This document shows, piece after piece, positions 9,864 through 18,841 of a stretch of DNA of 64,000 nt; the first letter of the stretch is position 1, and each line of letters opens with the position of its first letter. Source of the DNA: Pirellulales bacterium (GTDB lineage Bacteria; Planctomycetota; Planctomycetia; Pirellulales; JAICIG01); NCBI GenBank assembly GCA_040901675.1, contig JBBDYJ010000026.1, positions 1 to 64,000 of the forward strand, in the 5' to 3' direction. The notes under the pieces are model-generated. The model was given only the letters and a program-made list of their open reading frames with translations. It was not told the origin of the DNA and did no database searches. The position numbers and the translations under genes are program-made.

Positions 9864-11141
9864 TCAAGCCGCCGGCTCGGCGGCTAGCCTCCCCGCTTTG
9901 ATCACGCCGCCCTGCATCACCGCCAGAAACCGCCGGCGGTCTTCCAGAATGCGGATGTCGGCCAGCACGTCGCCGTCGACGACCAGCAGGTCGGCCAGCT
10001 TGCCTGGTTCGACGGTGCCGAACTCGCGCTGGGCGCCCATGATCTCGGCCCCGGTCTTCGTGGCACAGCGGATCGTGTCGAGCGGGCTGAAGCCGACGTA
10101 ATTCACAAAGAAGCTCAGCTCCTTGGCGTAGGTGCCGTGCGGGTTCCAGGCAAAGCCGTAGTCGCCTCCCATCCCCAGCCGCCCGCCGGCGTTCAAAATC
10201 ATCCGGGCGCTCTCGGCGCCTCCCTCCAACGTCTCCTGGTGGCCGTCGATCACGGCCTGGGGCAGCCTGAATTCTTTGCCCCGCTCCACGCTGGCCAGCT
10301 CGAACTGCAAGGCGGGCACGACGGGCGTGTTGCGCGCCAACAGCATGTCGAGCGCTTCGGCGTCCATGAACGTCCCATGCTCCAGCGTGTCGAAGCCGGC
10401 CGCCAGCGCGTTCTTGATCCCCTGGTTGGCCCGGCAGTGCCCGGTGACTTTGCGCTTGTAGTTGTGCGCTTCGGAGACGACGGCGGCCATCTCGTCGAAC
10501 GTCATGCAGAGCGTGTGGTGGTCGGCTGAATCGGGCGAGGCCGCGTCGCCGGTGGGGTACGTCTTGATCCATTCCACGCCGTCCTTGACCAGCTTGCGGA
10601 CGGCAGCCCGCCCCTCGTTGGGCCCGTTGATCAGGAGGATCAGGCCTTCCATGCCGAGCTTCAGGTGCTCCGGGTTCCAATCCATCAGCCCGCCCGCGCC
10701 GCAGATCTCGCGGCCGCTGGCAGCCAGGCGAGGCCCCGGGCACAGGTCGTTGTCGATCGCCTTCTTCAGCCAGACGTCGATATTGTGCAGGCTGCCGCCG
10801 CTGCGGGCCGCCGTGTAGCCGCACTCCAGCGCTAGCTTGGCATTAGCCGCGGCCAGCAGTGTGACGTACTCGACCGGATACTTGACATCGAGGTCGGCCA
10901 GCTCCGCCACGTCGAAGTAAGTGGCATGGAAGTGGGCCTCGACCAGTCCCGGCATGATGGTGCCCCCGCGGGCATCGATCTGCCGCGCGTCGGCGGGCGC
11001 CTCGGGAGCGCCGGCCACCGGCCCGGCATAGGCGACCGACCCATCGCGGATGACGACCACCGCGTCGTCGACCGCTTGGCGCCCCGTGCCGTCGACCAGC
11101 TTGCCATGCTTGATAACCGTCGTCCCCTGGGCGGTTTTCAT
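9864..11141 (-). CDS. metal-dependent amidohydrolase (Xaa-Pro dipeptidase-like)
   Basis: IDARGGTIMPGLVEAHFH, WIKTY, EHG, GTVEPGKLADLLVVDGD; AAGGAG RBS upstream of ATG 11141. Confidence 0.88.
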   Translation of the reverse strand: MKTAQGTTVIKHGKLVDGTGRQAVDDAVVVIRDGSVAYAGPVAGAPEAPADARQIDARGGTIMPGLVEAHFHATYFDVAELADLDVKYPVEYVTLLAAANAKLALECGYTAARSGGSLHNIDVWLKKAIDNDLCPGPRLAASGREICGAGGLMDWNPEHLKLGMEGLILLINGPNEGRAAVRKLVKDGVEWIKTYPTGDAASPDSADHHTLCMTFDEMAAVVSEAHNYKRKVTGHCRANQGIKNALAAGFDTLEHGTFMDAEALDMLLARNTPVVPALQFELASVERGKEFRLPQAVIDGHQETLEGGAESARMILNAGGRLGMGGDYGFAWNPHGTYAKELSFFVNYVGFSPLDTIRCATKTGAEIMGAQREFGTVEPGKLADLLVVDGDVLADIRILEDRRRFLAVMQGGVIKAGRLAAEPAA

Positions 11142-11211
11142 CTGTCTCAACTCCTTGCCTGGCTCGTCGCGAAGCCCGCCGAATCGATTGCTCCAGCCCC
11201 AACGCGCTTTA

Positions 11212-11283
11212 GGATCGGCCGAAAAATAGCCTCCTCACATTGCAACTGGGGCACGCTTATCGCTTTGCCCCAGCCACCCAGCC
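11212..11283. repeat. hairpin repeat family B, long form
   Basis: matches 1288-1360, including the GGATCGGCCGAAAAA flank. Confidence 0.85.
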
Positions 11284-11453
11284 ACAAAGCGGTGCGCTCT
11301 CAGTCTAACTACGCGCGCCAGGACCCGCAAACCAGGCGCCTGTTGGCCGCGTCCGCGGCAACCCCGCGGCAGAGCCGGATTTCTCTGCTCGCGCTGGCAA
11401 TCAGTTGAGGTAGAATAGAAGATCAGTGAGGCCTTGAAGACAAGGAGCGAGCC

Positions 11454-11681
11454 ATGACGACGGTGACGATCGAGGAAGCCCAGGCAAAGCTGCCCGAATT
11501 AATCGACAAGCTAGTACCCGGCGCCGAACTGATCATTACTCGAAACGACGAACCGGTCGCCCGGTTAATCGGGGACCGTTCAACGCGGCAGCCTCGGCAG
11601 CCCGGCAGCGCAAAAGGCAAACTGATTATTCATTCGGAAGACGACGAGCACTTGGAGGACTTCAGGGAATACATGCCGTGA
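11454..11681 (+). CDS. Phd/YefM-family antitoxin (orphan copy 1)
   Basis: MTTVTIEEAQAKLPELI..ELIITRNDEPVARL..RQPGSAKG..DEHLEDFREYM; AAGGAG RBS. Confidence 0.85.
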   Translation: MTTVTIEEAQAKLPELIDKLVPGAELIITRNDEPVARLIGDRSTRQPRQPGSAKGKLIIHSEDDEHLEDFREYMP

Positions 11682-11758
11682 GGCGGCTTCTCGCAGGCAG
11701 TCGGTTAGGCGGATCAGGGAAACAATACGACCCAGGGGTGCGAAGGAGTAACTCATGA
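11678..11758 (+). pseudogene. possible stub of a PIN toxin (MRRLL..., 26 aa)
   Basis: GTGA overlap with the antitoxin 1 stop; begins like MRLLL of the 11976 toxin; ends in ATGA overlap with antitoxin 2. Confidence 0.4.
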
Positions 11759-11979
11759 CGATGGTCAGCATCGAGGAAGCCCAGGCAAACTTGCCGGAAA
11801 TCATTGAAAAACTAGGGCCCGGCCAGGAAGTTGTCATCACCCGAGACGACAAGCCGGTTGCTCAGTTGATTCCAGTGCTGGACAAGCCCAAGCCGGTCTT
11901 CGGCAACTGCAAGGGCATGGCAACGATCATCGCGGACGACGATGAGCACTTAAGCGACTTCGCAGACTACATGCCATGA
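11755..11979 (+). CDS. Phd/YefM-family antitoxin (copy 2)
   Basis: paralog of 11454 (SIEEAQANLPEII..VVITRDDKPVAQL..DEHLSDFADYM). Confidence 0.85.
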   Translation: MTMVSIEEAQANLPEIIEKLGPGQEVVITRDDKPVAQLIPVLDKPKPVFGNCKGMATIIADDDEHLSDFADYMP

Positions 11980-12185
11980 GGCTCTTGCTCGATACGCACG
12001 CATTCTTGTGGTTCGTGCTCGGAGACTCTTTACTGTGCGACTATGCCAAGTCATTGATTCTCGACACTGACAATCACCGTGACCCATTCGACCGGCTGTT
12101 GGTGGCTCAAGCCCTGGGCGAAGACATTCCACTCGTTAGTGCCGATTCGATCCTTGATGCTTACGGCATCAAGCGGCTGTGGTAG
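11976..12185 (+). pseudogene. vapC: VapC/PIN toxin with in-frame internal deletion (69 aa)
   Basis: N-terminal LLLDTHAFLW is joined almost directly to C-terminal HRDPFDRLLVAQA..SAD; the central SxxSxWE region of this PIN subfamily is absent. Confidence 0.8.
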
Positions 12186-12222
12186 GCGGCGGCACCAAAG
12201 TAGTCGGTCACGGATTCAGGCC

Positions 12223-12684
12223 CTACGGCCCGGCGCTGACCTGGAACAGGACCTTGGCCTTCTCGTCGTACACGGCCACCAGCGGCGCATTCAGCTCGTT
12301 GGTGGCCAGCCGCACGCGCGGACCCGTCTTGTCGCTGAGATGCACCACGGGGCCGTTCATCGTCAGGGCCAGCTCCAATGTGCCCTGCTCGGGATCGACC
12401 AGGTACAGGGCCGGCTTGTCCGGAACCGCCGGCACTTCGCACCGCACGACGCCCCGGCCGGCCGAGTTGTAAAGCACCAGCGACGGCGCGCCGTCCTCGA
12501 TGCCCAGCGCGGCCCGCTCGGCGCCCTTCGAGTCGACGACCACGAAACGCTTCGCCTTGACCTCGCCCGGCTCATCGGGCCGCGATGGCCCCAACACGCC
12601 GGCCAGCGTCCCCAACACCAAGGCGGCCGTAACCAGGTATCTCTGCCGCCGCTCCAGCTTGTCCAACCGTTGTTCGAGGCTCAT
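12223..12684 (-). CDS. hypothetical membrane-anchored protein
   Basis: AGGAG RBS; short coiled coil, one TM segment, then repeated beta-rich units (VKAKRFVVVDSKG..RAALG). Confidence 0.7.
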   Translation of the reverse strand: MSLEQRLDKLERRQRYLVTAALVLGTLAGVLGPSRPDEPGEVKAKRFVVVDSKGAERAALGIEDGAPSLVLYNSAGRGVVRCEVPAVPDKPALYLVDPEQGTLELALTMNGPVVHLSDKTGPRVRLATNELNAPLVAVYDEKAKVLFQVSAGP

Positions 12685-12867
12685 TGCTGCACTCCTGGGC
12701 ACTCGGTTGATTTGTTGATGCACCCACACTAGCCGGAAGCACCGACGCCCTCCAGTTCTTTCCGCTCGAAGCGGGCCAGCTAGCGCCCGCGGGCTAGTAT
12801 GACCGATCGAGCCAGGATACGCTTAACCGCTGGACGGCCGCCTGGCCCGGAGGCTTCGACAGACAAC

Positions 12868-15800
12868 ATGATTCCAGGAATGTCGCCGCGAAACGTGCCA
12901 GCTTACCCGATCCAGTTGGCGGCCCGGACGGCCGTCGTGCTTCTGTGTGCCTTTGGCATCGGTGCAGCGAGCCGCCTGGCGGCCGGCGAGCCGAACTCGC
13001 CCGGCGACGAGCGCCGCCACGCCGCAGCCAGCCCCGAGTTCTTCGAGCAGCAGGTCGCTCCGCTGTTCGCCCGTCACTGCCTGGGCTGCCACAACGCCTC
13101 CGACAAAAAGGGAGGCCTCGATCTGGCGACCGGCCGGGCGGCAGCCGCGGGCGGCGACAGCGGCCCGGCCATCGAACCCGGCGACGTCGCGGGCAGCCTG
13201 CTCTGGCAGCGGATCGATGCCGAAGAAATGCCGCCCGACGAGACCGCCAAGCTGCCGCCGGCCGACCGAACGGTGCTGCGCGATTGGATCGCCGCAGGCG
13301 CGGTCCGCGGCGAAGCCGACATCGACCCCTTGCGGTTCACGACCGATCGCCGAGCCGGGTACAACTGGTGGTCGCTGGCGCCGATTCGCTCGCCCGCGCT
13401 GCCGGAGGTGGCCGACTCCGCATGGCCGGTCAATGCGATCGACCGCTTCATCCTGGCCCGCTTGGCAGGGGCAGGCCTGCGCCCCGCGCCGTCCGCCGAC
13501 CGGCGCACGCTGATCCGCCGGCTGTCGTTCGATCTGTTGGGGCTGCCCCCCGACCCCCGCGAGGTCGAAGCCTTCGTGGCCGACCCCTCCGACGACGCCT
13601 ATGCCAGGCTTGTGGACCGGCTTCTCGATTCGCCCCACTACGGCGAACGCTGGGCCCGCCATTGGCTCGACGTGGCCCGCTATGGCGAGAGCCAAGGGTT
13701 CGAGCGAGACCGGCTCCGGCCCAACGCCTGGCAATACCGCGATTGGGTGATCGCCGCCTTGAACGACGACATGCCGTACGACCAGTTCGTGCGGCTCCAA
13801 CTGGCCGGCGACGTGCTTTCGCCCCTCGACCCCTCGGCCACGATCGCCACCGGCTTCCTGGTGGCCGGAGCCTGGGACGAGGTGGGGCAGATGCAGCAGA
13901 GCGCCGCCATGCGGGCCGTCGTGCGGCAGGACGAGCTGGAAGACCTGGTCGGCACAACCGGACAGGCTTTCCTCGGTTTGACCATCCACTGCGCCCGCTG
14001 CCACGACCACAAGTTCGATCCCGTCTCGCAGGTCGACTACTATCGCCTCGCCGCGGCGCTGGCAGGGGTGCGGCACGGCGAGCGCGCGACCATGCCGGCC
14101 GACGCCCGTGCCGTCGCGGCCGAGCGCCGGGCCGCCATCGAAAGCCAGGCAGCCGCGCTGCGGGAACAACTGGCGGCCATCGACGAGCCGGCCCGCGCGC
14201 GGGTGCTCTCCTCACGGGCCGATCATGCACCAGCGCGCTCGGTGCCTGAGCCGATGGCTTGCTGGGATTTCGAGCTGGGACTTTCCGACCAGTCGGGTGC
14301 GCTCGACGCAGCGCTGCATGGCGGTGCCCGCCTGGCCGGCGGCCGCCTGGAGCTGGCGGGCGGCGATGCCTACGTGTCGACCGCGCCGTTGGACAAGCCG
14401 CTCAAGGCCAAAACGCTCGAAGCCTGGGTGACACTTTCCGGCCTGGACCAGGCGGGAGGGGGCGTGATGAGCGTGCAGACGCTCGATGGAGACAAGTTCG
14501 ACGCGATTGTCTACGGCGAGCGCGAGGGCCGGCGCTGGCTGGCCGGCAGCAACGGCTACTCGCGGACGCAGGACGTCGGCGGACCGGAAGAGAACGAGGC
14601 CGACAGCGACCTCGTACACGTGGCGATCGTGTACTCGCCCGAGCAGACCGTCGCCCTGTATCGCAATGGCCTCCCCTACGGCAGGCCTTACCAGGCGACC
14701 AACCTGCAGGCGTTCGAAGCAGGCAAGGCCCAGGTGGTATTCGGCCTGCGTCACGCGCCGCCGGGCGGCGACCGCGTGCTGTCGGGCAGCATCGCCCGCG
14801 CGCGGCTCTACGACCGCGCCCTGACGGCCGATGAAATCGCCGCCTCGGCCGGCGTCGCCGCCGGCGTCGCGGACGACGCCTTGCTGGCCCAGCTCGATCC
14901 ATCTCAGCGCGAGCGGCGCGGACAACTGCTGCTGGCCGTCTCACGGCTGGAGGCCCAGGCCGGTTTGCTCGCCGGGGGACCCGCCTATGCGGTCTTGCCG
15001 TCCGACCCCGAACCATGCCACGTCTTGAAGCGCGGCGACACGCGGCAGCCCGGCGAGCTGGTGGCGGCGGGAGGCGTGGCGTCGGTGGCCGGCGACCTGG
15101 CCCAGTTCAACCTGCCGAGCGATGCTCCCGAGGCCGAGCGCCGTCGCAAGCTGAGCGAGTGGATCACCGCCGCCGACAACCCACTCGCGGCCCGCGTGAT
15201 CGCCAACCGGCTGTGGCACTATCATTTCGGCACGGGGATCGTCGAGACGCCCAACGACTTGGGTTTCAACGGCGGGCGGCCCTCGCACCCGGAGCTGCTC
15301 GACTGGCTGGCCGCCGACCTGGTCCGCGGCGGCTGGAGCCTCAAGCAATTGCACCGCACGATCCTGCTGTCGGCCACGTACCGTCAATCGTCCGCCTACA
15401 ACGCGCAGGCGGCCGCGGTTGATGCATCGAACCGGCTGCTGTGGCGCAAGAGCCCGTTGCGGTTGGAGGCCGAGATGATCCGTGACGCGGTCCTGGCCGT
15501 GTCCGGTCAGCTCAACCCGACAATGGGAGGTCCGGGCTACCAGGACTTCCGCAGCTTTACGTTCAACAGCCAGTTCTATGAGCCGATCGATCCGGTCGGT
15601 TACGCCTTCCAGCGGCGCAGCATCTACCGCACTTGGGTCCGCTCCGGCACCAGCCCGCTCTTGGACGTGCTCGATTGCCCGGACCCCTCGACGACCGCGC
15701 CCGCCCGCGCCGTCACCACGACGCCTCTGCAAGCCCTGGCATTGTTGAACAACTCGTTTATGCTGCGGATGGCCGATCGGTTTGCCGGGCGGTTGGCCGA

Positions 15801-15972
15801 GGATGCACCGGGCGAACCGCGGCGGCAGATCGAGCGGGGCTACCACCTGGCCTACGCCCGCCAGCCGGAGGCGGCCGAAGTCGAGCAAGCGCAAACGTTC
15901 GTGGCCGAGCATGGCCTGGCCGCCTTTTGTCGCGTGATCTTCAACAGCAACGAGTTCCTCTACGTGGATTAA
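12868..15972 (+). CDS. planctomycete cytochrome c + DUF1549/DUF1553 protein with inserted LamG-like domain (start uncertain)
   Basis: CLGCH, YGERWARHWLDVARY, CARCHDHKFDP, KTLEAWV/HVAIVY LamG-like segment, PSHPELLDWLA, PLQALALLN. Confidence 0.9.
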   Translation: MIPGMSPRNVPAYPIQLAARTAVVLLCAFGIGAASRLAAGEPNSPGDERRHAAASPEFFEQQVAPLFARHCLGCHNASDKKGGLDLATGRAAAAGGDSGPAIEPGDVAGSLLWQRIDAEEMPPDETAKLPPADRTVLRDWIAAGAVRGEADIDPLRFTTDRRAGYNWWSLAPIRSPALPEVADSAWPVNAIDRFILARLAGAGLRPAPSADRRTLIRRLSFDLLGLPPDPREVEAFVADPSDDAYARLVDRLLDSPHYGERWARHWLDVARYGESQGFERDRLRPNAWQYRDWVIAALNDDMPYDQFVRLQLAGDVLSPLDPSATIATGFLVAGAWDEVGQMQQSAAMRAVVRQDELEDLVGTTGQAFLGLTIHCARCHDHKFDPVSQVDYYRLAAALAGVRHGERATMPADARAVAAERRAAIESQAAALREQLAAIDEPARARVLSSRADHAPARSVPEPMACWDFELGLSDQSGALDAALHGGARLAGGRLELAGGDAYVSTAPLDKPLKAKTLEAWVTLSGLDQAGGGVMSVQTLDGDKFDAIVYGEREGRRWLAGSNGYSRTQDVGGPEENEADSDLVHVAIVYSPEQTVALYRNGLPYGRPYQATNLQAFEAGKAQVVFGLRHAPPGGDRVLSGSIARARLYDRALTADEIAASAGVAAGVADDALLAQLDPSQRERRGQLLLAVSRLEAQAGLLAGGPAYAVLPSDPEPCHVLKRGDTRQPGELVAAGGVASVAGDLAQFNLPSDAPEAERRRKLSEWITAADNPLAARVIANRLWHYHFGTGIVETPNDLGFNGGRPSHPELLDWLAADLVRGGWSLKQLHRTILLSATYRQSSAYNAQAAAVDASNRLLWRKSPLRLEAEMIRDAVLAVSGQLNPTMGGPGYQDFRSFTFNSQFYEPIDPVGYAFQRRSIYRTWVRSGTSPLLDVLDCPDPSTTAPARAVTTTPLQALALLNNSFMLRMADRFAGRLAEDAPGEPRRQIERGYHLAYARQPEAAEVEQAQTFVAEHGLAAFCRVIFNSNEFLYVD

Positions 15973-17471
15973 TGAAGCAACCAAGGCCGATAGACCATCT
16001 CGACCCCATGACCGGCCGGTCACCCTCATTCGGCGGGTGCGCCGGGGCCGAGTGCGACCGCCGCGGTTTTCTTTCCTGGGTCGGCGCGGGGCTGGGCACC
16101 GCCGCGCTGATCGAACTGTTGAACAAGGAAAGCCGGGCCGCGCCCCAGGGGGAAGCGGACGATCCGCCGCCGCACCTGGCGCCGAAGGCCACCCGCGCGA
16201 TCCACATCTTTCTGTGCGGCGGATTGAGCCAGGTCGACTCGTTCGATTACCGTCCCGAGTTGGCAAGCTATCATGGCCAGCCGCTGGCAACCGCCGAACG
16301 GCCCGACGTGTTTTTTGGCCAGGTGGGCCTCCTGCGCCAAAACGACTGGCCGTTCCACGAGCGCGGACAGAGCGGACTCTGGATCTCCGAACTGTTCCCC
16401 CACCTTGCCGAACAGGCGGACGAGCTCACCGTCATCCGCTCGATGACCGCGGAGACGTCCAACCACACGCCGGCCACCTTTCAGGCCAACACCGGCTTTC
16501 GGCTGAACGGGTTTCCCGTGCTGGGCGCCTGGCTCTCGTTCGGGTTGGGCAGCGAAACCGAAGAGCTCCCCGCCTACGTGGTGATTCCTGACGTCCGCGG
16601 CCTGCCGGCCGGCGGGTCGATCAATTGGAGCAACGGATTCTTGCCCGCGCGGCATCAGGGCGTCACTCTGCGCAGCCGTGGGCCGGCCATCCGCGACCTG
16701 GCGCCCGAGCGGCCGCTGAGCGAGTTGACCGAGCAGGCGAGCCGCGATCTCCTGGCTGTTATGAACGCCCGCCACCTCGAGCGGGCCGGTCCAAGCGACG
16801 AGCTGACTGCGCGCATCAAGAGCTACCAGATGGCCGCCCGCATGCAGTTGGCGGTGCCCGAAGTGGCCGCGATTGAAAAGGAGACCAGCCGCACCCACGC
16901 AATGTACGGAGTCGGGGATCCGGCCAGCGACGACTTCGGCCGCAGTTGCCTGTTGGCGCGGCGGTTGTTGGAGCGGGGCGTGCGTTTCGTGCAACTCTAT
17001 TCCGGCGGCGCGTTCGGTTCACCCCGCATCAACTGGGACGGCCACGAGGACGTACACGAGAACCACACGCGCGAGGCGCTGCGCATCGACCGGCCGGTGG
17101 CGGGCCTGTTGGCCGACCTGAAACAGCGCGGCATGCTCGACGACACGTTGGTCATTTTCAGCTCCGAGTTCGGCCGCACGCCGTTCGCGCAGGCGGCCGA
17201 CGGCGTGCTTGGCAAGGGGCGCGACCACAATCAATATGGTTTTTCGGCCTGGCTGGCCGGCGCCGGGCTCAAGCACGGGATGGCCTACGGCTCGACCGAC
17301 GAGTTCGGTCTCAAGGCGGTCGAGAACCCGGTCGCCTGGCACGATTTTCATGCCACGGTGCTGCACCTCTTGGGCATCGATCACGAGCGGCTGACGTACT
17401 ACCACAACGGCATCCGCCGCCGGCTGACCAACGTGCACGGGCACGTGATCCGCGCCCTGCTCTCCGGCTGA
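15972..17471 (+). CDS. DUF1501 protein (sulfatase-like fold, Tat-type motif)
   Basis: RRGFL, GGLSQVDSFDY, CLLARRLLERGVRFVQ, SEFGRTP, GRDHN; TAATG overlap with the upstream gene. Confidence 0.9.
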   Translation: MKQPRPIDHLDPMTGRSPSFGGCAGAECDRRGFLSWVGAGLGTAALIELLNKESRAAPQGEADDPPPHLAPKATRAIHIFLCGGLSQVDSFDYRPELASYHGQPLATAERPDVFFGQVGLLRQNDWPFHERGQSGLWISELFPHLAEQADELTVIRSMTAETSNHTPATFQANTGFRLNGFPVLGAWLSFGLGSETEELPAYVVIPDVRGLPAGGSINWSNGFLPARHQGVTLRSRGPAIRDLAPERPLSELTEQASRDLLAVMNARHLERAGPSDELTARIKSYQMAARMQLAVPEVAAIEKETSRTHAMYGVGDPASDDFGRSCLLARRLLERGVRFVQLYSGGAFGSPRINWDGHEDVHENHTREALRIDRPVAGLLADLKQRGMLDDTLVIFSSEFGRTPFAQAADGVLGKGRDHNQYGFSAWLAGAGLKHGMAYGSTDEFGLKAVENPVAWHDFHATVLHLLGIDHERLTYYHNGIRRRLTNVHGHVIRALLSG

Positions 17472-17500
17472 AGCGCGCGCAATCGGATCCGCCCCACTCA

Positions 17501-18829
17501 ATGGACCAGCATTTTGACCCCGATCCGAGGCCGACCACTTCACGTGGCGGGCTGCTGAGTTGGTGGATCACCGGCCCGTTGTACCTGCGGATCCTGGCCG
17601 CGTTGGTTCTGGGCCTTATGGTAGGCGTGCTGCTGCGCCGCCTGGTCGATCCGGCGGAAGTGGCCGATCTCATTCACCTGCTCGCGCTGCCCAGCAAGCT
17701 GATCATGCGCCTGTTGGGCGCGCTGGCGCCTCCGCTGATCCTGCTGGCGGTGGTCCAGGCCCTGATCAAGACGCCCATCGGGGGCCGCAAGGGAGCCCGC
17801 CTGGTCAGCTTGCTGGTGCTCAACACGCTGGTGGCGATTGCCATCGGCCTGCTGGTCGCCAACCTGGTTCGGCCGGGACGTTGGGCGTCGCTCGAACCGA
17901 TCGCGGTGAAGCCCGCCGATGAGCAGGCGCCCAATCCGATCCTGGATTTTCTGGACAATATCCCCAGGAGCCTGCTGGGACCTCTGGGCGACAACGGCAA
18001 CGTGATGGGCGTGATCATGATCGCCGTCGCCTTTGGCGTCGCACTGCGCCAACAGCGGCACGCGCCGGTGCGGACCGTGGAAGACGTGGTGAGCGTTGCC
18101 TTTGGTGCCCTCTCCACGCTGCTGCACTGGGTGATCGCCATCATCCCGCTGGCCGTGTTCAGCATCGTGGCCAGCATTGTGGCCGAAAAGGGTTTTCGCG
18201 ACTTCGCGGCCCTGGGCGCCTTCGTGGTAGCCGTGCTTCTGGCGCTTCTGCTGCAAGCGGGCTATTACCTGACTCGCGTGCGGCTGTTGTCGTGGGTCCG
18301 CCCGGTCGATTTGCTGCGCGGCACGCGCGACGCGCTGGTGATGGCGTTCTCGACGGCCAGCTCGACGGCCACCATGCCCGTGACCTATGCCTGTCTCAAG
18401 GACAAGGTCGGGCTGCGCGAGGAGTCGGCCAGCATGGGCGCCTTGGTCGGCGCCAACTTCAACAACGACGGCACGGCCTTGTACGAAGCGATGTCGGCCC
18501 TGTTCGTGGCCCAAATGCTGGGGATGAACCTCAGCATCCAACAGCAGCTCCTGGTGGTGCTCACCTCCGTCGTGGCCTCGGTGGGCGCGGCCGGCATCCC
18601 GGAAGCCGGCCTGGTCACCATGACGCTGGTGTTCAAGGCCGTCGGGCTGCCCACCGAGTACATTGCGCTGTTGCTCACGGTCGACTGGTTTCTCGACCGC
18701 TGCCGGACGGCGATCAACGTGATGGGCGACACGAACGTGAGCTGCATCCTGGACGGCAAGCAGCGGCCGATCGCCGGCGTCCCGTTCCCCGAGCCACTAC
18801 CTGCCGGCCCAGCCTTACCGAAGCACTAA
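17501..18829 (+). CDS. dicarboxylate/amino acid:cation symporter (DAACS, GltP-like)
   Basis: AFSTASSTATMP, NNDGTALYE, GAAGIP, DWFLDRCRTAINVMGD. Confidence 0.92.
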   Translation: MDQHFDPDPRPTTSRGGLLSWWITGPLYLRILAALVLGLMVGVLLRRLVDPAEVADLIHLLALPSKLIMRLLGALAPPLILLAVVQALIKTPIGGRKGARLVSLLVLNTLVAIAIGLLVANLVRPGRWASLEPIAVKPADEQAPNPILDFLDNIPRSLLGPLGDNGNVMGVIMIAVAFGVALRQQRHAPVRTVEDVVSVAFGALSTLLHWVIAIIPLAVFSIVASIVAEKGFRDFAALGAFVVAVLLALLLQAGYYLTRVRLLSWVRPVDLLRGTRDALVMAFSTASSTATMPVTYACLKDKVGLREESASMGALVGANFNNDGTALYEAMSALFVAQMLGMNLSIQQQLLVVLTSVVASVGAAGIPEAGLVTMTLVFKAVGLPTEYIALLLTVDWFLDRCRTAINVMGDTNVSCILDGKQRPIAGVPFPEPLPAGPALPKH

Positions 18830-18841
18830 GGAATCATCGCG

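Noticed and set aside
15633..15971. Upstream ORF-track extensions (also 16946, 38834, 48479, 49326, 61315, 62454)
   Set aside because: They overlap the preceding gene; downstream starts fit family N-termini, RBS or stop-start coupling
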